NCBI GenBank assembly: GCA_032718475.1
Contig: JAUCBJ010009072.1
Coordinates: forward strand, 26,606 to 90,605
Source of the DNA: Nemertoderma westbladi
Lineage: Eukaryota > Animalia > Xenacoelomorpha
Length of the DNA: 64,000 bases
Direction: 5' to 3'
Shown here one piece after another: positions 1 to 12,402 of the stretch (positions are counted from its first letter, which is position 1; every line of letters begins with the position of its first letter). The notes under the pieces are model-generated. The model was not told the DNA's origin. It saw only the letters and a list, made by a program, of their open reading frames with translations, and searched no databases. A program made the position numbers and the translations under genes.

Positions 1-2493
1 TGTCCTATTATTTGAGTTACCAATGAATCAGTTGTCCTAATGTTTGAGTTACCAATGAATCACTTTGTCCTAATATTTGAGTTACCAATGAATCAGTTGT
101 CCTATTATTTGAGTTAACAATGAATCAGTTGTCCTAATGTTTGAGTTGCCAATGAAACAGTTGTCCTATTATTTGAGTTACCAATGAATCAGTTGTCCTA
201 ATGTTTGAGTTACCAATGAATCACTTTGTCCTAATATTTGTGTTACCAATGAATCAGTTGTCCTAATGTTTGAGTTACCAATGAATCACTTTGTCCTAAT
301 GTTTGAGTTACCAATGAATCAGTTTGTCCTAATGTTTGTGTTACCAATGAATCAGTTTGTCCTAATATTTGAGTTACCAATGAATCAGTTTCTCCTATTA
401 TTTGAGTTACCAATGAATCAGTTTGTCCTATTATTTGAGTTACCAATGAATAAGTTGTCCTAATGTTTGAGTTACCAATGAATCACTTTGTCCTAATGTT
501 TGAGTTACCAATGAATCAGTTTGTCCTAATGTTTGAGTTACCAATGAATCAGTTTGTCCTAATATTTGTGTTACCAATGAATCAGTTTGTCCTAATATTT
601 GAGTTACCAATGAATCAGTTTGTCCTATTATTTGAGTTACCAATGAATCAGTTGTCCTAATGTTTGAGTTACCAATGAATCACGTTGTCCTAATGTTTGA
701 GTTACCAATGAATCAGTTTGCCCTAATGTTTGAGTTACCAATGAATCAGTTTGTCCTAATGTTTGAGTTACCAATGAATCTGTTGTCCTAATGTTTGAGT
801 TACCAATGAATCAGTTGTCCTAATGTTTGAGTTACCAATGAATCAGTTTGCCCAAATATTTGAGTTACCAATGAATCAGTTTGCCCAAATATTTGAGTTA
901 ACAATGAATCAGTTTGCCCAAATATTTGAGTTAACAATGAATCAGTTTGTCCTAATATTTGTGTTACCAATGAATCAGTTGTCCTAATGTTTGAGTTACC
1001 AATGAATCAGTTGTCCTAATGTTTGAGTTACCAATGAATCACTTTGTCCTAATATTTGAGTTACCAATGAATCAGTTTGTCCTAATATTTGAGTTACCAA
1101 TGAATCAGTTTGCCCAAATATTTGAGTTACCAATGAATCAGTTTGCCCAAATATTTGAGTTAACAATGAATCAGTTTGCCCAAATATTTGAGTTAACAAT
1201 GAATCAGTTTGTCCTAATATTTGTGTTACCAATGAATCAGTTGTCCTAATGTTTGAGTTACCAATGAATCAGTTGTCCTAATGTTTGAGTTACCAATGAA
1301 TCACTTTGTCCTAATATTTGAGTTACCAATGAATCAGTTTGTCCTAATATTTGAGTTACCAATGAATCAGTTTGCCCAAATATTTGAGTTACCAATGAAT
1401 CAGTTTGCCCAAATATTTGAGTTACCAATGAATCAGTTTGTCCTATTATTTGAGTTACCAATGAATCAGTTTGTCCTATTATTTGAGTTACCAATGAATC
1501 AGATGTCCTAATGTTTGAGTTACCAATGAATCAGTTGTCCTAATATTTGAGTTAACAATGAATCAGTTTGCCCAAATATTTGAGTGAACAATGGATCAGT
1601 TTGTCCTAATATTTGTGTTACCAATGAATCAGTTTGTCCTAATATTTGAGTGAACAATGAATCAGTTTGCCCTAATATTTGAGTTAACAATGAATCAGTT
1701 TGCCCAAATATTTGAGTGAACAATGGATCAGTCTGTCCTAATATTTGTGTTACCAATGAATCAGTTTGTCCTAATATTTGAGTGAACAATGAATCAGTTT
1801 GCCCTAATATTTGAGTTACCAATGAATCAGTTTGCCCAAATATTTGAGTTACCAATGAATCAGTTTGCCCAAATATTTGAGTTAACAATGAATCAGTTTG
1901 CCCAAATATTTGAGTGAACAATGGATCAGTTTGCCCAAATATTTGAGTGAACAATGGATCAGTTTGTCCTAATATTTGTGTTACCAATGAATCAGTTTGT
2001 CCTAATATTTGAGTGAACAATGAATCAGTTTGCCCAAATATTTGAGTTAACAATGAATCAGTTTGCCCAAATATTTGAGTTAACAATGAATCAGTTTGCC
2101 CAAATATTTGAGTGAACAATGGATCAGTCTGTCCTAATATTTGTGTTACCAATGAATCAGTTTGTCCTAATATTTGAGTGAACAATGAATCAGTTTGCCC
2201 TAATATTTGAGTTACCAATGAATCAGTTTGCCCAAATATTTGAGTTAACAATGAATCAGTTTGCCCAAATATTTGAGTTACCAATGAATCAGTTTGCCCA
2301 AATATTTGAGTTAACAATGAATCAGTTTGCCCAAATATTTGAGTGAACAATGGATCAGTTTGCCCAAATATTTGAGTGAACAATGGATCAGTTTGTCCTA
2401 ATATTTGTGTTACCAATGAATCAGTTTGTCCTAATATTTGAGTGAACAATGAATCAGTTTGCCCTAATATTTGAGTTAACAATGAATCAGTTG
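1..2493. repeat. 32/33-bp tandem repeat (TGTCCTAATATTTGAGTTACCAATGAATCAGTT), about 75 copies, running off the left edge
   Basis: The unit is directly visible. 33-bp units dominate 1540-2490 and mixed 32/33-bp units lie to the left. It accounts for all ORF-track entries in 243-2575. Confidence 0.98.
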
Positions 2494-2519
2494 ACATATT
2501 TTTCGTTAATGGCTTCATG
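2414..2519 (-). CDS. SLAIN-like gene, last visible exon (3' boundary uncertain; runs into the 33-bp array)
   Basis: Acceptor TTTTTTCTTTCAAAATTCCAG|CATGAAG is phase 2, matching exon 3069-3186, and gives S-MKPLTKNMSTDSL. The first TTG|GTAAC donor-like site in the array is near 2413. Otherwise the frame stays open to 1520. Confidence 0.5.
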
Positions 2520-2857
2520 CTGGAATTTTGAAAGAAAAAACAGCAATGGAAATCAGTTGGCCAGTGATTAAACACTATTATGGGTTGAGGCCCAGCGATT
2601 TATAATTAAACAATCTTAATTCGTGAGTAATATTCATATAACATGCGTAAATGTATACTTTATTTAACCAGTTCGATTCACATTGGGGGAAAGGTTAGCC
2701 TAGCCAATGTTTAATCATGCATTAAAGTTGGAAAATAGTGATCACCCAAACCTGGGAGTTGTAGTTAGTTGTAGGTTCCATCCTCGTAGTTAGAAACTCT
2801 GTCAAACAAATTACCATATCGAGTATATAATATATATATAATGTAGTTTAGTGACCA

Positions 2858-2972
2858 GATTGTCCGGACGGAACTGTCCGGGTCCGGATGTAACTGTGTG
2901 GATTGTCCGGACCGAACTGTCCGGGTCCGGATGTAACTGTCCGGATTGTCCGGACCGAACTGTCCGGATTGA
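2858..2972. repeat. Short tandem repeat of about 44 bp, rich in TGTCCGGA (about 2.5 copies)
   Basis: GATTGTCCGGACCGAACTGTCCGGGTCCGGATGTAACTGT repeated. Confidence 0.8.
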
Positions 2973-3068
2973 TCAAAATCCGATAGATCGCTAATACAGT
3001 AAACTTGGCCTACGAGATTACTCGCTGTGGATGGAAGGTTAATGATAATGGAAACAGAAAGGACTCAC

Positions 3069-3186
3069 CTTCTAACTTGCCGATTGGACGGTCTGCTGTA
3101 GCCTGATTGACCACTCAGAGAACGTCTCGGTATGCCACTACTGCGTCCACCGGGTTGTAGTGCCGAGCCGGGAGTGTGCTGCACTC
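3069..3186 (-). CDS. SLAIN-like gene exon (GVQHTPGSALQPGGRSSGIPRRSLSGQSGYSRPSNRQVR) containing the SxIP motif SGIP
   Basis: CTCTTTAG| acceptor and AG|GTGAGT donor; 118 nt, phase 1 in and phase 2 out. Confidence 0.8.
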
Positions 3187-3630
3187 CTAAAGAGGTAATA
3201 CAAATGGAATAATAAGAGATGGGAAAGGTTACAGCCTTGTTTATGTTCACCAAGTTGTAACTAAACTGGCCGTATATCATAGCACCACAGTATGGCTATA
3301 GACACCAACTAACAGATGGAAAGCATTCGAAGTTATAATACTTTACTACAATTTGTAATTATGTATTAACTATTTATAATAGTTTAATTATTTGTGCTAG
3401 TTTTGGTGTAAATGTAAACTAACCTTGTGTATAAGAAATATCAACTGGAATCTAAACTGTATTAATACTGTATGATACGGGAAAACTGAAACCTCAACTG
3501 AAATTACTTGAATTTAATTGAAGTATTCAGGATTAACTAAGTGCATTGGCTGAACCATTCATGGTTAACTGATTTTACACCCGATATAACTTTATGTAAC
3601 AACCCACATATACATACATAACTTACAAAC

Positions 3631-3768
3631 CTGAACCCATTATTTCGCCATCTTTTACTTGCAGAGACGCCTTGCGGTGGAACTGGTAATTAGCACTGTT
3701 ATCTCGCATTCCGACGCCAGATGGCGCTTGGGATAATTCAATGTGAGGAAGACTACGCCGTGGATATT
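3631..3768 (-). CDS. SLAIN-like gene exon (EYPRRSLPHIELSQ...GEIMGS)
   Basis: TTACAG| acceptor and CAG|GTTTGT donor; 138 nt, symmetric phase 1. RRSLP resembles the SLAIN RRSLPNL motif. Confidence 0.75.
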
Positions 3769-4763
3769 CTGTAATGAATATTGTTGATATAAAGATACAC
3801 GGTGTACATAACGTACCATAGGGGGGTAATACGCACTCAGGGCGGTCCATGGATTTTATTTTATTTTTTGCTTTATTTTTGGTTGGGCTATTCACATAAT
3901 TATTCTTTGGATTATTAGTGAATTTTTCAAAAAGTTTTCTAATAATACGTAGTTTATAAAATTGGTGCTTAATTTTGATTGGTCGATTATAATAATTGTG
4001 GTCATTAACATTAACGGTACGCTTTTGTGCTATTAGTTATAGGAAGTAGTAGTCTGATAGTTTGAGTAGTGCGTTACCATGTTAGTTAGTTGGTAGACAC
4101 CCGACGAAGGCCTATTTTTATAATAATAATTAATTATTCATTTACAATAAATACTGTTGGGTTAAAATATTTGGCAATATACCATCATCTTTTATTTTGT
4201 TATAAGTTATAGATCTGATAAACCCCTAACAAAGAAATTAAATAATAATATCTTGATGATAATTAAACTTCCAACTATAGAATTGGTCCTCAGCATTGAA
4301 ATACAAAAATATAATTTCACGTCTTCCTTTTTGGGAACATATTATAATGTGACATTTAGTAATGTAGCGTTGTAAAAATGGAAAGTAAACCAGAATACAG
4401 CACCTTTTTCACTAACAGCTGTAAAGGAAACATTTTTAGATTTAAGATAGAAAATTATAAATATAAAGATACGTAGTAATAGTAACTAAGGCAGAAATAG
4501 TTCAGTTACAATAACCGTGGAGGTGGAACTAACAATCATGAAATAAATGAATGCGTTGAATGTTGTCGGGGTCAACATAAATTATTTTAAGAAAGTGGTA
4601 ATAACCGTAAACAAAGCGCAAAAAACATTAATATCATTGCAATAAAAAGTCTATGTAATACAGTATATACATTCAATACAACAACACCTATTCATGCAAA
4701 AGTGAAAATTAACATCAAATAGGAAAAAATAAAAACAAAGCAAAGGAAAAATGTAATAGTAAC

Positions 4764-4832
4764 CTTCGTCCTCATCTATAGAATCGATATCATATGTATT
4801 GTATGAAGAGTATGATTGGGGTTGAGTTACTC
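4764..4832 (-). CDS. SLAIN-like gene exon (GVTQPQSYSSYNTYDIDSIDEDE)
   Basis: CACCCAG| acceptor and AAG|GTTACT donor; 69 nt, symmetric phase 1. Confidence 0.7.
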
Positions 4833-5515
4833 CTGGGTGAATAGCAATCAAGGGAAAATGAAGAAAACACTACATTTAGTATTTTAGTGATTAGAGTATA
4901 TGTTTAATATTAATTAGAGTATGAAATTTATTATTGAATTAGAAATTACTCGTAATTAAATATATATATAGCCTGCCTAACTTAATATAAAAAAAGAAAC
5001 CTGTACAAAGATAAAAAATATCACACAAATTATCCTGATTTTAAAGCTTCTTATCAAATGCTTTACTTGTATCGGCAGGCGGCTGGGTGCGGACAGATTC
5101 TTCCATAAAAGTTCAGTGCAGTAGGCCTGCCTGAACACTTTGAGTTATTCTAGTTCAGTACTAACTCACAGATTCGTTTTATTTGTATATGTCGAATATA
5201 AAGTTCAGCAATTTATTATTTTCAAAAAACCTAAGTGTGACATACTTTCTGATCTCCCCACGGACTTGGTTAGGAGGGGGCAGTTTATATTTCGACGGTA
5301 TTCAGTGAACTTGCGGAAATTAGCAAAATATTTTTAGATTTTATGTTACGCAGACAGACACTAGATTTATACATTTTCAAGATATTTACAAATTTAGCCA
5401 GAATTTCAGATAGAAACCACTTCAAATAGAACAACTGATTTAAAATTGAGAAAGATCACTAAATTTTAAAATGTAATCCGCACAAAAACCGACGAAAAAT
5501 AACCAGCCCCTTAAT

Positions 5516-5880
5516 TAGTGGCGGATTTAGAAATTTCGAAAGGGGTATGTCATACTTGATTTAGGGGGAGGGGGGTGGGGGGGAGGGGGGGGGGGGGGGG
5601 GGGCTCATCTCTGCTGGAATCGAATCAGATGCGCGCCGCGTAAAATTATCAATTAGCGCCGCACGTGCTCAAAGTTCATACCGAGCCACATCAATTGTAA
5701 TTTACTGATTGGTAATCAGACAATAAGTTAAATAAGTTCGCCTTAGCGAGCGGAAATTTTAAGGATTAAAAATATTTTGTTATTGATCAGAAGAGCTGAA
5801 AAGTACGTAGTGTTGCTGAATAAAGATATCGAGAATAAAATAGATAGTTTTTCAATATCAATATTCTAATTCCGCCACTG
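5516..5880. mobile_element. Old hAT-like MITE with an internal G-run
   Basis: Imperfect 17-bp TIRs TAGTGGCGGATTTAGAA / TTCTAATTCCGCCACTG; no TSD visible. Confidence 0.55.
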
Positions 5881-6068
5881 AAAGAGCCAATTATAAATAG
5901 AAATTATATTTAGTATTTAAGAAAATATATCCTATCCCTATACAATTAAATAATACCCCCAAAGAACTATATAACACCCACTAATCCCCCAAGAAACTGT
6001 TACCACCACCAAACCCGAACCCAACCCAACAACCGAAAGCAGCAGGAAGAGAAGCGATCCAATCCAAC

Positions 6069-6269
6069 CTATTTGCTGAGGTACAGTTAGTGTGGATGGT
6101 GCGGTGTTCCTGGGTCCACTGTGGTGGACAACGGTCTGCCTGGCACGGTATGTCTGGCTAACGCGCGATGGAGGGTCGGAGTGGTTGTTGGACCGGTTGG
6201 TTGTCATTCGGTACGGTTCGGAAGGCGACGTCCGATTGGCGGCACGACGAGGTGACTCCTTTCTTACAT
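6069..6269 (-). CDS. SLAIN-like gene exon (DVRKESPRRAANRTSPSEPYR...STLTVPQQI)
   Basis: ACAACAG| acceptor and TAG|GTTGGA donor; 201 nt, symmetric phase 1; GC-rich relative to the flanks. Confidence 0.7.
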
Positions 6270-6384
6270 CTGTTGTGTATAAATGGAGTGGCAGCGAAAA
6301 TAATAACCTGATCTTAAATAGGGCTAGAATAATGCGAATGCCGCTAGTTAATGTAAAAATTAAACATTACCAGGGAGGGATTAG

Positions 6385-7687
6385 TACGGAGCCCCTAAAG
6401 GGACATGAGAAAAAAATATATTTTTTTTCGCTAACTCGTGCGAACGACTTAGTATGTCGTGCGAACGACTTACTAAGTCGTGCGAACGACATACTAAGTC
6501 GTGCGAACGACTTACTAAGTCGTGCGAACGACTTAACTAACTCGTGCGAACGACTTAGTAAGTCGTGCGAACGACTTACTAAGTCGTGCGAACGACTTAC
6601 TAAGTCGTGCGAACGACTTAACTAACTCGTGCGAACGACTTAGTAAGTCGTTCGAACGACTTACTAACTGTACTTTGATTGGCTAAATAATACTGGCAAT
6701 AAAAGCACAACATTTTTAGCGGGTTTTTCAATTCAATCTACAGCATTGTTGTTATACAGCAGCAGTGTTATACTCGTTCAACCAAATCATTTTCGGGAAT
6801 ATCCATCAATGCACCCACTGGCTTCATTAGGGATGTTACGCATTACTTATTCGAATTAATTTTATTAAGAACGAGCGTAAGCGACTGAGTGAAATATGAA
6901 ACGAGAGCCTGAAAGTGAAATACGGGTACGTACTTTATTTAAATCGAATATTGTGGTGGAGTCACAATATTGTACAATACTCTAAATAGTAGGACCTATC
7001 TCACCTCCCCGCAAAACCTGAGATTTCGACTACAGCTGTTCGATACAATAGTGAGATGGGAATGTTGCTTAGCAACACAGCAACAACACCTGACACTATT
7101 ATTAGCTTATCTAACAGCGCTGACCGTAGATAATACTGCTATTTACTGAATAAGTTAAAGTAAAATTAATATGTTAAAGATATTATAATTTGCTACAATA
7201 CAGTATGTCGGTTGTATTGTCGGCCTAAGTTAAAGTACGTCGATATTAACAGAGCGCGTTCAGCCATTGAAAATAATATTTTCAACCAATAATGCCATCA
7301 ACAAATGCTGTAGATTGAATTGAAAATCCCGCTAAAAAAGTTGTACTTTCATTACCAGTATTATTTAGCCAATCAAAGTAAAGTTAGTAAGTCGTTCGCA
7401 CGAGTTAGTAAGTCGTTCGCACGCGTTAGTTAAGTCGTTCGCACGACTTAGTAAGTCGTTCGCACGACTTAGTAAGTCGTTCGCACGACTTAGTAAGTCG
7501 TTCGCACGACTTAGTATGTCGTTCGCACGACTTAGTTAAGTCGTTCGCACGACTTAGTAAGTCGTTCGCACGACTTAGTAAGTCGTTCGCACGACTTAGT
7601 AAGTCGTTCGCACGACATACTAAGTCGTTCGCACGAGTTAGCGAAAAAAAATATTTTTTTTTCTCATGTCCCTTTAGGGGCTCCGTA
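6385..7687. mobile_element. Non-autonomous DNA transposon with TIRs of about 370-390 bp, IS3EU-like
   Basis: Termini TACGGAGCCCCTAAAGGGACATGAG...CTCATGTCCCTTTAGGGGCTCCGTA; 6-bp TSD GATTAG (6379-6384 and 7688-7693); about 12 subterminal 21-bp repeats per arm. TAY..RTA termini with a 6-bp TSD are the described IS3EU signature. Confidence 0.9.
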
Positions 7688-8054
7688 GATTAGTATTAGG
7701 GAACATAAAATTTGAGGAAAACTAATGTTTTATATATTCAAAAATTACCTACAACATTACTGACTCGGGTGATTTTAACGTAGTCAAGAAATTAGAATGG
7801 CCAGTTTTCATCTAGACGTAATATGTCGCTGTCCGCAACTGTATCTCAACTACACCACCAACCACCAGAACCAACAACCAGATCCTATAACATTTATTAA
7901 GTACAATCCATACCGGTTGATATCGCCCAATCAATGAATGGCTGATGACAACAATTAATTAGTAAGACAATGATATCGAGGGTTTGGACCAATACACGAT
8001 CAGTATGAAGGACCATTCATGACGGAGGGCCAGACTGAGAGATAAACAACCAAC

Positions 8055-8117
8055 CTTGGCGCCTTGGGACTTTCAGGGTGTGGAGAGGTGAAGATTGATA
8101 ACGATAAGGTATATCAG
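8055..8117 (-). CDS. SLAIN-like gene, 63-nt exon segment (DIPYRYQSSPLHTLKVPRRQ)
   Basis: CCTTCTCCCCAG| acceptor-like site and AAG|GTTGGT donor; symmetric phase 1. Confidence 0.5.
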
Positions 8118-9910
8118 CTGGGGAGAAGGTTGATTGTCAGCGGAAACAGAGGTGGTTGAGTTGTGGGTTGTTGGTGTAGAACTGGGAGATGGTGGGGGTA
8201 CGGGAGGAATGGAATTAGAGTTGGGGTTGGAAGGAGGGGAGGGTGGGAGTTCGAGTTGAGAATATGAACTAATTGATTCTGTGTTAGGATTGTTCGTATT
8301 GAGTAGGAGTTGCATTGAAGCTGTATTGTCTAACACATTGGGGGGAGGGTATGAAGACGATACACTTGCTGTACTAGATTGTGGTTTACGTTTGGTATTT
8401 GTTTGGGGTTCTTTCAAGGCACTTGATAACAGCAGTGTTTGGGTACTGAGAGGCTGTATTTCTCGGGTACTGGGTGGCTGTATTTCTCGGGTACCGGGTG
8501 TCTGTATTTCTCGGGTACTGGGTGGCTGTATTTCTCGGGTACTGGGTGGCTGTATTTCTCGGGTACTGGGTGGCTGTATTTCTCGGGTACTGGGTGGCTG
8601 GAGTTTTTGGGTACTGGTTGGCTGGAGTTTTTGTGTACTGGGTGGCTGTATTTCTCGACTACTGGGTGGCTGGAATGTTTGGGCACTGGTTGGCTGGAGT
8701 TTTTGTAGCTTTTGGGTACTGGGTGGCAGTTTCGTAGGTTTTGGCGGGTTAATGGTTTGTGGTGAACTGCGTGATTGGGTTAGTCTCTGGGTGTTTGGTA
8801 TAGGTAAGCATTGGGCAGCGCGCTGTTTTGGACTGGAGGTATACGAGGGTTTAGGAGAAGATATTTCAGATAAATTCGGGTTGGACTTATTAGGCGTCAT
8901 TGCTTTTTTATGCCGTGGCAGTACGGGAGAGGGTAGACGTAAGGAATGAGTACTGGTCGCCATGGTACCCAGATCGAGACGATTCTGGTTACGTCGGGTT
9001 TGTACTGGCGAACGCGGATAGACACGCGAATTCGGGTTTGGATTAACAGCTTGTACGATTCGAGTGGAAGATTTATCATTTAGATAAGCTGCGAGAGGGA
9101 TGGATGAACAATTTTGTGTTTTACTTGTATCTGTTATTTGGGAAGAAAGAGGTACAACCGGTTCCACGGTATTTTTGAGGGTTTCAGTGGCCGACGAGTC
9201 AATGATATTAATAGTTGTTGGAGTCGGGCCGAGACTATCGATAATACAGCCAGGTTTGGTCGTGGGAGAGAGGTCTTGGGTATTAGATTTCTGTTTAATG
9301 GTTGTGGATTCTTTTTCATTAATAGGTGGTTCATTGGTTGTAGATACGTCATGTGGATTGGAATGCATTGCTTGAGAAGTAGAAACGGGTTCATTGGTTG
9401 TAGGTACTTGGGAAGTAGAAACGGGTTCATTGGTTGTAGGTACTTGGGAAGTAGAAACGGGTTCATTGGTTGTAGGTACTTGGGAAGTAGAAACGGGTTC
9501 ATTGGTTGTAGGTACTTGGGAAGTAGAAACGGGTTCATTGGTTGTAGGTACTTGGGAAGTAGAAACGGGTTCATTGGTTGTAGGTACTTGGGAAGTAGAA
9601 ACGGGTTCATTGGTTGTAGGTACTTGAGAAGTAGAAACGGGTTCATTGGTTGTCGTGGAATCTTTTGCAATAATAATCGATTCAATAACAGAGGTGGTGT
9701 TATTTGAACTAAGAATAGGGCCAGTGAAGGATGTGTTATTGAATTCAAACACAGATTTTGGAGTGGCGGAATCCTTAAACAGAGGGGTGGAATCCTTAAA
9801 CAAGCTTTCATATGTGCGACGTCCTTCCATATTTTTACAATCGGAATCTTGTGTAACACAGGGAGGAGAAGGAGATGCGCTATTCGAAATATTTCGACTT
9901 ATTAGTGGAC
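8073..9910 (-). CDS. Large Ser/Thr/Pro-rich exon of the SLAIN-like gene (about 610 aa), possibly alternative or terminal
   Basis: Strong acceptor TCTTTCTCTCTCTCTTATATTACAG|GTCCAC at 9910 is phase 1, matching exon 10207-10373. The frame is open to TGA at 8073-8075 and the internal repeats are in frame. Confidence 0.65.
8440..8730. repeat. 24-bp coding tandem repeat (REIQPPST), about 12 copies
   Basis: GGGTGGCTGTATTTCTCGGGTACT units. Confidence 0.9.
9374..9655. repeat. 36-bp coding tandem repeat (TTNEPVSTSQVP), about 8 copies
   Basis: GAAGTAGAAACGGGTTCATTGGTTGTAGGTACTTGG units, nearly identical. Confidence 0.95.
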
Positions 9911-10206
9911 CTGTAATATAAGAGAGAGAGAAAGATCTCTCTAGCAGAAGAGAAATAATTGGAGAGTGATCATAATTGAAATTCACCCCAGTCGAATAAG
10001 ATTCTATTCTAATAGAGAAAATAACTAAGTTAAGATCTAAATTTGTCCAGGAATACCATTAAATAACAGGGATTGATGTATATAGTTACGCAGAGAAAAA
10101 TATGAATGTTAGCAAGTACTACTACAGCATTAGTACTAAAGTAATAAATACGTATCAACTCAATCTAGTAGTAATTAGTTTAATAAGAAAGTTACAGTTT
10201 ACTAAC

Positions 10207-10373
10207 TCATTCTAGGTTTTGTGTAGGTATCGTAATTGTGCAATGGGCGTAGTTGGTCGTCTCCAGCTGTCCAGGCCTCTCGTCTTGAGTGTCCAGACCC
10301 CGAGTCTGGTACGCGGGGACCTTCAGCCGAACTGCCTCCATACATCTGTCGTTCACGCGACCCTGAATGTCGC
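10207..10373 (-). CDS. SLAIN-like gene exon (RHSGSRERQMYGG...YDTYTKPRM)
   Basis: TTATTTCCAG| acceptor and TGA|GTTAGT donor; 167 nt, phase 2 in and phase 1 out. Confidence 0.7.
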
Positions 10374-11028
10374 CTGGAAATAAACCAACACAAACATGAA
10401 TTTAAAGAAAACTTATTGAAATCTTGAAACACGAGAAGCGACATTTTGTACAAAAAATCATCAATTAATTTTTTTAATGAGGCAGAGGCTAACGACCACT
10501 ATAATTGAGCGTATAATACGCTTTGAACCGCGTACTCTCGTATTAGTATACACCATCGACCATCCATACACCATCGACCATGACCCGTAATATAATGTTA
10601 TTTTCAGATGACACATTTTCATGATTAAACTTTGAAAGACAACCAGTTCAACTCACCGTCGAGGAGCCGGAATTTTCGATTTTATAAGTGTTTTAAAAAG
10701 TGCACCATTCGTATCACTGCCATTCTTCACATTAGTCATGATTTATTTCAATATCGTTAGAAAGTTTGCGTTACAACTACAAGAATTCCAAATTTGTAAC
10801 AATATATCTGAATTTCGATGAGAAACAGCTGAGATATCTAGGCGTCCAAACATTGCAAGAATTATCGTTCGCTGGAGGCTATTTATTTATTTAATAGAAT
10901 AAAATATCCAAGCAGATAAAAAACCATTTGAAGTTGGTAGAGTTTGGTAAAATGGATCGTATGTAGACTATATATATCTTCTATGAAAATCTTGGTATAA
11001 TTATAATATAATTACCGGTATTATTTAA

Positions 11029-11731
11029 GGGGGTTTTAGTATTTTCGGTCTATATTTTGGGGAACAAACATTTTGTGCTTGACAAAGGGTACCAGTTACA
11101 AAATCGGTTCTAGAACATAAAAATTGCCATGTTCTAGAAAACCAATACCCACGATTATTGTAGCCCAAAAGGTGCTGATCATTTTGGCATATGTTTGATC
11201 ACAATTGAGTAAAAAATTCAGGTAGTAATGAATTTAGTGATGAAAAATGTCAAAATCGACAAACTGAGAATATGTTGATTTATACAGAGACTCATGATCT
11301 GATCAGCTATAAATATACCGTTGTTTTTGTTTATACAAATATTATTTGCCTTTTTGGACTCTTCTGTTTCCCGTTCCATGGGGAAATTATTTTATTTTTC
11401 ATATTTTAACGATGGAAATATTGAAAATTGTCAAAATTTTGGAAAAAAGTTTTTAATTTTTTTATATATATAAATATTTTCATCGTTAAAATATGTGTTT
11501 TTGAAAAATTGTAAAAAAATGAAAAATTTTTTCAAATTTTTTTTTATATTTAAAAAATGTAAATAAAATTTTCAAACTTTAATAAGTGCGGTTTTGTGGC
11601 GAAAAAACACTCAACTTGTGAAAACCGATGTAACAACATGAAAGACCTGTCAAACTACAAAAATGGTATAATTTTTTTGGAAATTTTATAAATTTTCGAC
11701 AATTTCACTTTCATTCTGGGTAAAATACCCC
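11029..11731. mobile_element. Possible Kolobok-like non-autonomous element
   Basis: TTAA|GGGGGTTTTA ... TAAAATACCCC|TTAA; short imperfect TIRs and an AT-rich interior. Confidence 0.35.
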
Positions 11732-11801
11732 TTAAATACATTGATATAGAAAATATAAAAAGATTTCATCCACGCATACAGAAGTACGTTAGCGAACTCA
11801 C

Positions 11802-11951
11802 CTTTGTCTATGCCGTGGTCCAGTTAGGTTAGGATTGTTGTACATTCCCTCGTACGCGTCGTATATACCTTGTTCCATAGGAACTCGTCTATAGCGGGGT
11901 TCTTCCTCGTAACCCCTATTCGCCGGGGTATCCCGTCGACTTGTGTAGTAC
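11802..11951 (-). CDS. SLAIN-like gene exon (YYTSRRDTPANRGYEEEPRYRR...GPRHRQ)
   Basis: CCATCAG| acceptor and AAG|GTGAGT donor; 150 nt, symmetric phase 2. Confidence 0.75.
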
Positions 11952-12402
11952 CTGATGGACCAATTAAGGAACTAACATTACCTGACCGCCTATAAATTAC
12001 GTATCGCAATGTCGGGTTTGTGGGAGAGTGATTGATTACCAAAATGTATAATTAAATGTTTTAACAATAAAAATTCCATCATATTGATGTAGATTAAATA
12101 AAGCATTGAAAACAAGTTGCTTCTGTAGTATATTTGTCACATTCCTACTGTGTGGGGGGGGGGGGGGGGGGGGGGGTTGATTTTTCTTACATTGAGTTTC
12201 TTTAGCAAACAGTACACTTCGCAGGGAGCCTGATACAGCCTGTTGTGTAGAACATGTCAAGTAGCATCTTTATCGCTTTATCTTTATCTTTATCTTTCTT
12301 TTATTTTTTTTGAAACAACTAACTTTCGGGTTTTCGGTTTCCGATATTATATTTGAAAAGTAGGACTTCCGGCCTATCCATTACTGCTGTATATTCGACC
12401 GA

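Noticed and set aside
8281-9921. Several plus-strand ORFs over the large exon
   Set aside because: They are antisense shadows of a repetitive S/T/P-rich minus-strand frame.
11980-11992. Possible 8-nt microexon upstream of exon 11802-11951
   Set aside because: Inclusion shifts the frame and leads to a stop at 11824.
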